A DNA stretch of 62,544 bases, taken from assembly GCA_034004335.1 (NCBI GenBank), contig JAVEWX010000002.1, forward strand, positions 1 through 62,544, given 5' to 3'. Numbering within the stretch: position 1 is the stretch's first letter; every line of letters begins with the position of its first letter. This stretch comes from Bacteroidales bacterium. GTDB lineage: Bacteria > Bacteroidota > Bacteroidia > Bacteroidales > VadinHA17. The notes beneath the pieces were generated by a model. The model had not been told where the DNA came from, made no database searches, and saw only the letters and a list, made by a program, of their open reading frames with translations. Position numbers and translations under genes: made by a program. Shown one piece after another: positions 47,201-55,768 of the stretch.

Positions 47201-47897
47201 TATGGCTATGCTGACCGGCATCCTTGGCAAGAGATCGGCAGGAGTCGTGTGTCTGAAGGAGAAGAACAACAGCCAGGGATTGATTGACGCCGGTATTTCA
47301 TCGGCAAGGCTCCCGGGCAACAGGGAGATAACCGGACCAGAAGCCCTGAAGGTGGCAGAGGATGTATGGGGCGTTACCGGATTGTCTTATCGTACCGGTT
47401 CTCTAAAGGCTTCACTAATGGATGGAGGTTTCTCCAATATTTTCATCTTTGGTGAGGACCCTGTCGGATGCGCCGTTGACAGCAGTACCATTTCAGATGC
47501 CCTCAGCAAGGCTGCATTTATGGTTGTGCAGGATTATACACTAACCGATACTGCCATGCTTGCCGACCTGGTGCTGCCGGCAACCTATCCCTTTGAGACA
47601 GGTGGAAGCTTCACAAATACCCAGCGATACCTGCAGCGTTTTGAGAAGGTTGCTGACTCCCCGGTAAAGATGGACAACCTGAGGCAACTTGCAGCATTAT
47701 CAAACCTGTTGGGAATGACTGCTGACGCTGATCCCGATGCAATACTGAGTGAGATGTTCTGGTTCCTGACCAAAAACAACGATGACCATAAGTTTGAAGT
47801 TACAGACGGAAGGTGTATGCCACCGTTATTTTTGCACGGAGCCGATGTACTCAACAGGTTGTTTGACATGTATTACAAAGAGGAAATGGGTATATAA
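44211..47897 (+). CDS. 1228-aa fusion: NuoG-type N-terminal [2Fe-2S] + GltD/NfnB-like FAD/NAD(P)H module + NuoG-type [4Fe-4S] + cofactor-poor MopB-like domain (StnA-like)
   Basis: ATG 44211 (MDEIKIILNGREV) lies after the upstream stop. Dinucleotide folds VAIIGAGPGGLSAA and VAVVGGGNTAMDC. CILCGKCVRIC and CETCGMCISVCPTGAL motifs. The C-terminal ~520 aa is MopB-like but lacks the CxxCxxxC motif. Confidence 0.8.
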   Translation: MDEIKIILNGREVAATKGEKILAVAERNGISIPTLCNDKRLEPYSSCFVCVVEVEGMRGLQPSCSTPVSNGMVVTTDNNKIRRARKTALDLLLSNHYADCLGPCRQTCPAGVDVQGYISLIEKGQYREAVALIKQANPLPAICGRVCVRPCEVACRRNLLNEGAPVGVDYMKRFAADRDLEADDRFLPDTEPPTGKKVAIIGAGPGGLSAAYWLQQKGHQCDIYEAAPQPGGWLRYGIPEYRLPNDVLDKEIEGITGIGVNIFCKKRLGDNVSFADLDSRYDAFILAPGSQKGTRLGCEGDDAENVLPGIDFLKQMELTGKRHDFSGKTVAVVGGGNTAMDCCRTSIRCGAEKVFVVYRRTEKEMPANPIEIHESKLEGVEYMFLTNPVRVNKDASGRAGSMTLIRMELGEPDASGRRRPVEVPGSEFEMEIDFILAAIGQKTDLNFLDDINGVTRKGMLKANKYGDIDADPGTLRTGVENIFAAGDSVSGPATIIEAIAQAQIAVHSCHNYLLGADVVPPSRVFYSRKENFRKLSSTDYAGRFVPQTRQEMPVLEPAKRMNFNEVELGYADEKIVKQEANRCLECGCTAFFDCDLQRVATEYAADQTRFSGEFNAFDVDFSHPFIEFDRNKCILCGKCVRICHEYVGADALGLVNRGFVTYVSPDLDGSLRDTNCETCGMCISVCPTGALMENYKFKPGPVESVPLKVVDFFGSEGCEYNLFTRSGFFFGADGSEGMVNSDGSIGRQQRFGYNVLNRLNRITKPLVKVDGEFREIGYDEALRMMAGKIRSVEPDENLFIAGARLSNEELYLVQKIARAAVKTNNVGSFHYMGRCHGYLNSSANNVPFSELSGASAFFVVGAEMTEDNQYVGFLVNNTRFRKAVPVKLFTDKPESTMRHKASEVMTVKSYYSLIMAVNCYLVDNKMYNKMYIDDHCDDFEEYISSLKKLNFKRLVKAAGVTEEVIAGFATALTSTHNPVIIFSEKEVCPDTAVEIRNMAMLTGILGKRSAGVVCLKEKNNSQGLIDAGISSARLPGNREITGPEALKVAEDVWGVTGLSYRTGSLKASLMDGGFSNIFIFGEDPVGCAVDSSTISDALSKAAFMVVQDYTLTDTAMLADLVLPATYPFETGGSFTNTQRYLQRFEKVADSPVKMDNLRQLAALSNLLGMTADADPDAILSEMFWFLTKNNDDHKFEVTDGRCMPPLFLHGADVLNRLFDMYYKEEMGI

Positions 47898-47920
47898 ATT
47901 TTTATTGCATATTAAACAGG

Positions 47921-47958
47921 AGCGATCCGCCGTTATTGAAGCGGGTCGCTTTCGTTTT
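47921..47958 (+). terminator. Rho-independent terminator after the three-gene flavoprotein cluster
   Basis: AGCGATCCGC / GCGGGTCGCT 10-bp stem (one G-T pair), 10-nt loop, then TTCGTTTT. Confidence 0.5.
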
Positions 47959-48020
47959 AAGGGGCTCGGATGCAAATAAAAAAATGTTGTACTTTTACCC
48001 GTGAAATTCAAAGTTTATTG

Positions 48021-49979
48021 ATGATGGGTCGTATCAGAATCCCGGCATATTTTCTTATTGTTCTGATGGTGGTCATGGCTGCTTCCCCGGTATCATTGCA
48101 CGGGCAGGTGCCTGTTGTCAAATCGACCGAAAGGGTGGTAATAAGGGGCAAAAACTTTTTCATTCATAAGGTTGAGAAGGGGCAGACGGCCTTCTCTATT
48201 GCCAGGGCATACTCTGTTACAGTGGAAGTGCTTCATAATGAGAATCCTGAAGCCCTGTATGGACTGAAGGAGGGACAGATGCTGAAGATACCGGTGGTGG
48301 ATGTTGTCGAAAAACCGGTGCGCGAGAAGGATCCTGACAAGTATATCTATCATACCATTGTTGCGGGAGAGACAATATTTGCCCTCTCGAGGATGTATGA
48401 TGTGCCTCAGAGCGCGATACTCGAGGCAAACCCCGGCCTCGATCCCGAAGATATTCCTGTAGGATCTGAGATTGCCATTCCGAGAAAGGAGTTCAGGTCA
48501 GAGATAGTCTCCATTGCTCCCAGGCAGGAGGATTACACTGTTCATAAGGTTTTGTCCGGTGAAACAATATCCTCAATATCAAGGAAATATGGTGTTCCGG
48601 CGAGGGAGATCAGAAGGATCAACGGCGGCACAATATTTTTAAGGCCTGGCGACCTGGTCAGAATACCGGGACGATATGAGATCGGGGGCGAACAGCAGGT
48701 CATAATTGCAGATACGGTGATAGCTGAGATCGATACCCTTGAAAATGTGCCCCGGACCATAGGCTATACCGATATCTCCACTCTGAGAGGCAGTATTGAC
48801 ATTGCGGTCATGCTTCCGCTTTATCTCGACCGGAATGAAGAAAGGGTAGAGATCGATACCACCCTTCCGCCGTCAAGAAGAATCAGGGAACGACCCTTTA
48901 GCTGGATATACCCCGGTACAGTAAGCTTCCTTGAGATGTACGAGGGGATCCTTATTGCTGCCGACGATATGAGGGATGCAGGCCTTGATGTCAGGATCCA
49001 TACTTTTGATACCCGTGCCAACCCCGATGTTGTTGATGAGATTGTGGAGTCGGGAGGACTCAGGAATGTAGATATGATCATCGGACCGATCTATTCATTC
49101 AACCTGACCAGGCTTTTGCCCTATGCAACGAGGTACAATATCCCGGTAGTGTCGCCGGTGCCCCTGCATGATAACTCACTACTGAAGGAAAATCCGGGAC
49201 TGTTTATTGTACACTCCTCCCTCGAGACCGAACAGGAAATCATATCGAGGACTATTGCCGATTACTATGACAACAACATGGTATTCCTTTATTCCGACAC
49301 CGCCACAGAGGGTAATGAAAGCATGCCCTTCAGGAATATGATTATGAGGGAACTCTCATTCAGGACCCCGGTGGAAAGGGTCAACTTCAAGCAGGTTATG
49401 TACCGGAGCAGGTCAGGCTTCGCGAACGACACACTGAACAGGCTTTCCCACGCCCTCACCCCGGCCTCCGACAATTTAATAATACTTGGAACCGAGGACG
49501 AGGCTGTCCTTCATGAATCAATTATGAACCTTCACGGACTCCTGAAAAGAAACAGGATGACCGTCTTTGGATATCACTCGATCAGGAACCTGGAAAACAA
49601 TATTGATCTGAATTATCTTTTCGATCTGGGTATCAATGTTTTTTCTCCGGTTTACATCGATTATAGTCACAGGAAGACCACCGAATTCCTTGGCAAGTTC
49701 AGGTCACTGTTTGGTATGGAACCTAACGAGACCAGCTTCGCCTGGATAGGTTATGATATTGTTACCTACTTCACAAGCGGCCTTGCCATGCACGGACGAA
49801 GGTTTATTGCCAATCCTGGCATGCATAACCCTGAACTGCTGAGCGCAAAATTTGATTTCAGGCGCGAAAGTCCGGCAGACGGATATGAGAACTGGGGTTT
49901 GTTCCGGCTGAGATATTCGGGAGCCATGGAACTTGTGGTTATAAGTGAACCGCAGATCAGCAACGGACTGAAATACTGA
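48021..49979 (+). CDS. Secreted protein with three LysM domains and a periplasmic-binding-protein (type I, Leu/Ile/Val-binding-like) domain
   Basis: Signal peptide from ATG 48021. Three LysM repeats (HKVEKGQTAFSIA.., HTIVAGETIFALS.., HKVLSGETISSIS..). Confidence 0.7.
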   Translation: MMGRIRIPAYFLIVLMVVMAASPVSLHGQVPVVKSTERVVIRGKNFFIHKVEKGQTAFSIARAYSVTVEVLHNENPEALYGLKEGQMLKIPVVDVVEKPVREKDPDKYIYHTIVAGETIFALSRMYDVPQSAILEANPGLDPEDIPVGSEIAIPRKEFRSEIVSIAPRQEDYTVHKVLSGETISSISRKYGVPAREIRRINGGTIFLRPGDLVRIPGRYEIGGEQQVIIADTVIAEIDTLENVPRTIGYTDISTLRGSIDIAVMLPLYLDRNEERVEIDTTLPPSRRIRERPFSWIYPGTVSFLEMYEGILIAADDMRDAGLDVRIHTFDTRANPDVVDEIVESGGLRNVDMIIGPIYSFNLTRLLPYATRYNIPVVSPVPLHDNSLLKENPGLFIVHSSLETEQEIISRTIADYYDNNMVFLYSDTATEGNESMPFRNMIMRELSFRTPVERVNFKQVMYRSRSGFANDTLNRLSHALTPASDNLIILGTEDEAVLHESIMNLHGLLKRNRMTVFGYHSIRNLENNIDLNYLFDLGINVFSPVYIDYSHRKTTEFLGKFRSLFGMEPNETSFAWIGYDIVTYFTSGLAMHGRRFIANPGMHNPELLSAKFDFRRESPADGYENWGLFRLRYSGAMELVVISEPQISNGLKY

Positions 49980-50055
49980 ACATTCCCTCAGTAATGTGAG
50001 CCTGGCAAAGTACCCGGATGGAATAAAAGTTAATAACCAATTGTCTAACTTGCGT

Positions 50056-50616
50056 ATGGCTGCCGCCAATTACAGGGAATCTGATGATGCAACTCTCATA
50101 AAAGCTTCTCTGTCAGGCGATAAGCTGGCGTTCACTGAAATAGTCCATCGGTACAGGGGTATGGTTGCCCGTACCGTTAAGGGTATGATCGGAGACAACG
50201 CATTTGCCGAGGATGTGGGTCAGGAAGTATTTATCAAGCTTTACCATTCCCTCAGGGATTTCAGGGGTGAGTCGAAGCTGTCAACATATCTGCACCGCAT
50301 TACCGTCAACATTACCCTTAACGAGATAAAGAGGAACAGGCGCATGAATGCACCCGGACAGGCAGATGAACTTGATTCTTTAAGACCGGCCATTCTGGCT
50401 GGTGAAGACCTGGTATCGAGAAGCGAAACGAAGGAACTCGTGGAGAAGGCACTGCAGATGCTTGAACCCAGGTACAGGATAGTAATTGTAATGAGGATGC
50501 TCCAGGGATATGATACAAAGGAAACCGCCGAAGCTCTGGGTCTGCCGGTGGGGACAGTGTTATCGCGGCTTTCGAGGGCGCAGGAACAGATGAGAAAAAT
50601 ATTGAAAGCAATATAG
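50056..50616 (+). CDS. ECF-type RNA polymerase sigma-70 factor
   Basis: Region 2 (FTEIVHRYRGMV..QEVFIKLYHSL) and region 4 HTH (ETAEALGLPVGTVLSRLSRA). ATG 50056 preferred over the listed GTG 49996. Confidence 0.85.
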   Translation: MAAANYRESDDATLIKASLSGDKLAFTEIVHRYRGMVARTVKGMIGDNAFAEDVGQEVFIKLYHSLRDFRGESKLSTYLHRITVNITLNEIKRNRRMNAPGQADELDSLRPAILAGEDLVSRSETKELVEKALQMLEPRYRIVIVMRMLQGYDTKETAEALGLPVGTVLSRLSRAQEQMRKILKAI

Positions 50617-50625
50617 TAACAGTAC

Positions 50626-50979
50626 ATGAAGGCAAATGAACTCTTGAACCTGATTGAAAAGGGACTGCAAACCGGTATCGGAGCGGAGGACCTTCACAGC
50701 AGAATGAAATCTGAAGGGGTTGACTACAACTTCGGGCAGGGCTTCACGGGCAGGGTTATGGACAGGATATCCGACGGATTAACTCTTGCCGCAAGGCAGG
50801 TTGACTTCGTCAGTTCCCTCAACTCCATATTCTACCGTGTAGCTTTTGCGGGAGTGGCTGCCATAATAATAATGCTTATATCGATCTTCATATCGGAAGG
50901 ATCACTTACACTGAATGCCATAGTCGGAATAAGTGATACTATTGACGAGAACCTTATCAGTCTGATTACCGAAAACTAA
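50626..50979 (+). CDS. Hypothetical single-pass membrane protein (candidate anti-sigma partner)
   Basis: 117 aa with one TM helix (VAFAGVAAIIIMLISIFI), 10 nt after the ECF sigma gene. Role assigned by position only. Confidence 0.35.
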   Translation: MKANELLNLIEKGLQTGIGAEDLHSRMKSEGVDYNFGQGFTGRVMDRISDGLTLAARQVDFVSSLNSIFYRVAFAGVAAIIIMLISIFISEGSLTLNAIVGISDTIDENLISLITEN

Positions 50980-50989
50980 CCTCCCGGAG

Positions 50990-51520
50990 ATGAAGTTCAG
51001 ATCAATATCCGTAATCGTTGCCACCCTGGTGCTGGGCTTCGTGCTGGGGATGCTTACCTCGGCGCAGATAAGATATCACAAGCTAAAACCCGTGAGGGCC
51101 TTTTTCTCTGAAGAGCGCTTCAGGCAGACCATATACCATGATATTAATCCCGATGAGCAGCAGAAGGAAAAGCTTGATGTTGTGATGAGAAAATATGCCA
51201 GGATCAACCGTGAAATACAAACAAACTACCGTAAAGAACTGGATGACTATGTGAGTGATTTCTGGCATGAGTTGTCGCCTCTTCTGACCGATGAACAGAG
51301 AGACAAGCTTGAGGAGATGGAACGGAAGAGAATGGAGTTTTTTATGTCAGCCAGGGGCAAATATCAGGGTGATTCCATTCGAGGCGATGAATTCAGGCCA
51401 CGGATGAGACCTCCCGGAGATTCCTCTTTTATGCGGTTCCCCGGCGACACCCTCCGCGGCAGGATGCCTGGCGATTCAATGAGAACACGCGATGGGCTGC
51501 CCCCGGGAGGCAGACCGTGA
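50990..51520 (+). CDS. Spy/CpxP-like periplasmic protein (LTxxQ motif)
   Basis: N-terminal anchor, helical K/E-rich body with LLTDEQRDKLEEM. C-terminal PGDS/PGDT repeats. Confidence 0.5.
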   Translation: MKFRSISVIVATLVLGFVLGMLTSAQIRYHKLKPVRAFFSEERFRQTIYHDINPDEQQKEKLDVVMRKYARINREIQTNYRKELDDYVSDFWHELSPLLTDEQRDKLEEMERKRMEFFMSARGKYQGDSIRGDEFRPRMRPPGDSSFMRFPGDTLRGRMPGDSMRTRDGLPPGGRP

Positions 51521-51530
51521 TTCCTGGTTT

Positions 51531-53756
51531 TCAACCCGCAAGAAACAGTACGTAGTCGGTAATAATGGGTATGTCGGCAGGATCGACGCCATGCTTTAGC
51601 AATATCTCCTCATCGTATTTCATTGTAGTCAGGAATGATTCCCGGTTGAAGTCTGCCGCCATGAGCGATTGCCGGTAATATTCCGCCGCCTCCTTCTTCT
51701 TCTTCATGCACAGGTAAAGGTGTCCTATGTTGATATAGTCGTGGGCATTAAGCTCGGAGCGGGTAAGCCTTTCATAATATTTCTGCGATTCCCCGAATTT
51801 TCCCAGCGCAAAGTAGCACCATGCTATTGGCCTGAGGATCTTTACATTGTCGGGCTGTTCGTATTCAATCTTGAAATAGTATTTCAGGGCAGATTCGTAG
51901 TTCTTCAGATCGAGCCAGCAGTGTGCCGTCATAAGGATAGTGCTCTTATCTGCCGGATCGGCATCGCCAGCCAGCAGGTAGTAGTCGAGTGCCTCCTCGA
52001 ACCTCCCGAGTTTTCTAAGGCAAAGCCCGATCTTCTTTACCGTCCAGGCTCTGCGCTCAATAAGCTCAGCCATCTTGTAATTTTTTACCGCCTGTTCATA
52101 ATTACTGGCCTGCTGATAGCAATATCCTATCTTCTCATATAACTGGACACTCGAAGGTTCCTCCTTCAGCCTCGCCTCGTACAGGTCGCGGGCATCCTCG
52201 AAGAAATCCTTGCTGAACAGGTAGTCAGCCATGCTGGTGTCTGATTCCGGACTGCTGCAATAATCGCGGTAGAAGGCTGAGTTGTAAATATCCAGTCTCC
52301 CCTCAAAAATATCTTCAAATTCCTTCCTGTAGGGTGATAACTTGAAGAAGCGGTACAGGTCCTGAAGGTATTGTGTAATAGCCACCCTGAAGCTCCTGAA
52401 GGGATCGGTGGTCGATTCAGTCTCCTCAAATTGCCCCAGGCTTTCGAGTTCCATCCTGAAAACCTTCAGCATCATGGTTTTCTGGGCTGACGGAAGGTGT
52501 TTGAGGTTAAGTACCAGGCTGAATTTATCGGAGTTGCAGATGAACGGTGTCTTGTAAAGGGCTTCGGCAAGCTCGTTGGTTCCGGGACCCAGTATCTCGT
52601 CCCTGAAAACCTCATCAACGGCCTCGTGGTCGGGATGAAATGGCATGAACCAGTTCCCGAAATCCCTGAAAAAGTCAAAATGCTTCAGGTTGGAGAATGC
52701 CTGCATGTAAACATCTGCTCCCTCCATCTGTAGTTTTGTCAGTTCTTCGAACGATCTGAATATCTCCTCCGAATCTCCGAACATATCTGACCAGTCAGGA
52801 TTTCTGTCATCGGCGGGATTGTCGGGCATTATATTGTCGAGGTCGAGCTTCTCCTCTATCTTTGGTTTAAGCCTGGCTACCTGAGGGAGTATCTCTTCGG
52901 TAAGCTTTCTTCCGAGCTTTTCAGTCTCTCTCGACCTCAGAATCTGCAGTACGATTATACGGCAGTGTTCGCGGAACCTGTCACCCGAACATGCTGAATT
53001 GAGCCATTCATTAACCTCAGGGTAAAGCGGCAGCCGTTCCTTGTGGTACTGCATTAGAATTATCAGTCCGGCCAGGGCTCTTCCCTTAAGCTGGTTGTCA
53101 TCCGGGTTGCAGAACCTTAGCAGAACACTGATCTTTTCAACCTGGAACACCCTGAGTGCACTGAGGGTTATGGCGCTGATCATCGTGGCTGTTTCGTACC
53201 ATCTGAATTTACCGGTGCCGTAGATTATGTCGATAAGGCTGAACTCGGCTTCCCCGTAGTAATCGGTCAGCCACAGGTGGTTGAAAATGCTTCTTATCAG
53301 TTGCCTGTGACGGATTGCCTGTTCCGAACCATGATCGTTTGATACCTCTCCGGGAACCCTGAGCCATTCATCCAGGTCCTCCTTGAAGATCAGGTCGTCG
53401 ACTGAATCGGTAATGGTTTTACCGCTTAACAGCTGCTCCCTTTCGGCTTGCTGCTTTACCCAGTAGGTGTGCCACCCTGAGTAACGTGACAATATGTCCT
53501 GTTTTACCCTGTCGGCAAGGCCCAGGATTGATTGCTGCAGCTTGTGGTACACCCTGTCCCTTTCCGGATCGTTGACTCCGTCGATAGTGTACATGAGCAT
53601 GTTTCTGTATGTCATCGACAGTGACTCAAGATCATCCTTGAATAAACCGGGGGACCCTCTCTCCATCATACTGTTAAGCAGGTCAAGGCCCTGCTTGATC
53701 CTTTTTTCCGAAATCAGGGAGACGATATTTTTATGCTGGCTTATTACCCTGTTCAT
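51531..53756 (-). CDS. 741-aa protein: uncharacterised ~500-aa N-terminal region plus C-terminal TPR repeats
   Basis: TPR-like repeats are visible in the last ~230 aa (LYEKIGYCYQQASNYEQAVKNY.., GLCLRKLGRFEEALDYY..). No signal peptide. Confidence 0.6.
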   Translation of the reverse strand: MNRVISQHKNIVSLISEKRIKQGLDLLNSMMERGSPGLFKDDLESLSMTYRNMLMYTIDGVNDPERDRVYHKLQQSILGLADRVKQDILSRYSGWHTYWVKQQAEREQLLSGKTITDSVDDLIFKEDLDEWLRVPGEVSNDHGSEQAIRHRQLIRSIFNHLWLTDYYGEAEFSLIDIIYGTGKFRWYETATMISAITLSALRVFQVEKISVLLRFCNPDDNQLKGRALAGLIILMQYHKERLPLYPEVNEWLNSACSGDRFREHCRIIVLQILRSRETEKLGRKLTEEILPQVARLKPKIEEKLDLDNIMPDNPADDRNPDWSDMFGDSEEIFRSFEELTKLQMEGADVYMQAFSNLKHFDFFRDFGNWFMPFHPDHEAVDEVFRDEILGPGTNELAEALYKTPFICNSDKFSLVLNLKHLPSAQKTMMLKVFRMELESLGQFEETESTTDPFRSFRVAITQYLQDLYRFFKLSPYRKEFEDIFEGRLDIYNSAFYRDYCSSPESDTSMADYLFSKDFFEDARDLYEARLKEEPSSVQLYEKIGYCYQQASNYEQAVKNYKMAELIERRAWTVKKIGLCLRKLGRFEEALDYYLLAGDADPADKSTILMTAHCWLDLKNYESALKYYFKIEYEQPDNVKILRPIAWCYFALGKFGESQKYYERLTRSELNAHDYINIGHLYLCMKKKKEAAEYYRQSLMAADFNRESFLTTMKYDEEILLKHGVDPADIPIITDYVLFLAG

Positions 53757-53905
53757 ATATTTACAGTGGTTTATATGTCATTAAGAACAGACTGTCAATC
53801 ATGCATGACAGTGCTAAGATATTCATAGTTCAACAATCCTGCCGAATATTTTACCCGGTACGATTGTGGCACTTTCATTTGATAATGTAATTTACCACCT
53901 ATGAT

Positions 53906-55768
53906 ATGTCTATGGGTGAGGCTGGAAAAAATATGAGGGAAACATTATGGTTGCCTGCAAGCCGGCATGAGCTCGAGTCCCGCGGACTGGAAGAGGTGGA
54001 TATCATCATCTTTACCGGCGACGCCTATGTTGATCATCCGTCGTTTGGTGCTGCGGTGATAGGCAGAGTTATGGAGGATGCAGGTGCAACGGTAGCCATT
54101 GTTCCTCAACCCAACTGGAGGGATGACCTGCGTGATTTCCGTAAGCTCGGCATACCCGCGATGTTCTTTGCCGTTACGGCCGGCAATATGGATTCCATGG
54201 TCAATCACTACACCGCAGCAAGGCGCCTGCGCTCCGATGACGCCTACACCCCGGGAGGAAAGTCCGGGTTCCGGCCCGATTACCCGACCATTGTATATAC
54301 TTCAATACTTAAGAGGCTATATCCCGATGTGCCTGTTCTGCTCGGGGGTATTGAGGCATCGATGCGAAGGTTGAGCCATTACGATTACTGGAAGGACAGT
54401 GTGGAACCTTCGATACTGATGTCAAGTGGCGCCGACATGCTGGTATATGGAATGGGGGAGGAACCGGTACGTGAGATCATAAGGCTGATGCGCAGAGGGG
54501 TCCCCTTCGGGTCGCTGAGAACCCTCCCTCAAACCGGTATCGTTGTTGAAAAAGATGAGAGACTGCCAGTGAACAAACACTGGAGGGATAAGTGGCTTGA
54601 CCCTCATGAAATGGTTGTTTCCGATAAAAATGCATTTGCCCGCAGTTTCGTGACATTCGAGAAGGAATCGCACAAGATTGAACAGGCAAGGCTTATACAA
54701 GAGTGTGGCGGCAGCCTGGTTGTTGTCAATCCGCCACTGCCCCCTGCTGATTCAGATGTGGCAGATTCAGTATACAGCCTGCCATTTACATATCTTCCGC
54801 ACCCCCGCTACCACGGGAAAGGGCCTATTCCCGCATTTGAGATGATAAGGAACTCGGTAAACATTCACCGTGGCTGCTTCGGCGGCTGCAGTTTCTGCGC
54901 GATTGCCGCCCACCAGGGTAAGCATGTTGTAAGCAGGTCGAAGGAGTCAGTGCTCGGGGAGATAGAAAAGATAAGCCTCCAGGAGGGTTTTCGAGGTGTT
55001 ATCAGCGACCTGGGGGGACCTTCCGCCAACATGTACGCCATGAAACCTGCAGACCGGTCGAAATGCCTGCACTGCAGCAGGCCGTCGTGTATATGGCCTT
55101 CGGTTTGCAGCAACCTGCAGGTATCTCATCGCGAGCTCAACGAACTTTATGAAGCGGCCCTGAGGGTGCCGGGAGTGAAGCAGATCCTCGTGGGAAGCGG
55201 GGTGAGGTATGACCTTCTGCTCAGCGAGTTTAACCGGCGCGCCGGTAAAGATGAGGATCTGTACCTGCGTAATCTTATTGAGAGGCATGTCTCGGGTTGG
55301 TTCAAGGTTGCTCCCGAGCATTCTGATGACGACGTGCTGAAGCTGATGCGCAAGCCTTCTTTCAGCCTGTTCAGGGTACTTAAGGTCAGGTATGATGCCA
55401 TAATGAGTAAGTCAGGCAGGAAGGGTCTGTTAGTTCCATACCTTATTTCGGCTCATCCGGGATGTACTGCGGCAAAGATGGAGGCTCTGGCCGGTGAGTT
55501 GCGGTCGCTCGACATAAGGCCCGAGCAGGTTCAGGAGTTCACACCGACGCCGATGACTCTCTCCACTACCATATATTATACCGGTTTTGATCCCTATACC
55601 GGCAGGAGGGTTTTTGTGCCCCGAAGCAGGAAAGAGAGGCAGGTCCAGAAGGATATGGTGTTCTGGTACCGGAGACCTCCGAAGGATTTTTCGGGAGGGA
55701 GGGAAAAGATAAAAGACAAAAGACAAAAGACAAAAGACAAAAGACAAAAGACAAAAGATAAAAGATAA
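53906..55768 (+). CDS. ygiQ: YgiQ family (UPF0313) radical SAM protein
   Basis: N-terminal block DIIIFTGDAYVDHPSFG. Radical-SAM cysteine motif CFGGCSFC. The last ~20 aa are encoded by the (AAAGAYA)n array. Confidence 0.85.
   Translation: MSMGEAGKNMRETLWLPASRHELESRGLEEVDIIIFTGDAYVDHPSFGAAVIGRVMEDAGATVAIVPQPNWRDDLRDFRKLGIPAMFFAVTAGNMDSMVNHYTAARRLRSDDAYTPGGKSGFRPDYPTIVYTSILKRLYPDVPVLLGGIEASMRRLSHYDYWKDSVEPSILMSSGADMLVYGMGEEPVREIIRLMRRGVPFGSLRTLPQTGIVVEKDERLPVNKHWRDKWLDPHEMVVSDKNAFARSFVTFEKESHKIEQARLIQECGGSLVVVNPPLPPADSDVADSVYSLPFTYLPHPRYHGKGPIPAFEMIRNSVNIHRGCFGGCSFCAIAAHQGKHVVSRSKESVLGEIEKISLQEGFRGVISDLGGPSANMYAMKPADRSKCLHCSRPSCIWPSVCSNLQVSHRELNELYEAALRVPGVKQILVGSGVRYDLLLSEFNRRAGKDEDLYLRNLIERHVSGWFKVAPEHSDDDVLKLMRKPSFSLFRVLKVRYDAIMSKSGRKGLLVPYLISAHPGCTAAKMEALAGELRSLDIRPEQVQEFTPTPMTLSTTIYYTGFDPYTGRRVFVPRSRKERQVQKDMVFWYRRPPKDFSGGREKIKDKRQKTKDKRQKTKDKR

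Noticed and set aside
46340-47897. MopB-like domain as a selenocysteine-containing formate dehydrogenase
   Set aside because: There is no in-frame TGA. The N-terminal Fe-S Cys motif is missing and there is no obvious active-site Cys/Sec context. It is treated as a degenerate scaffold pending alignment.
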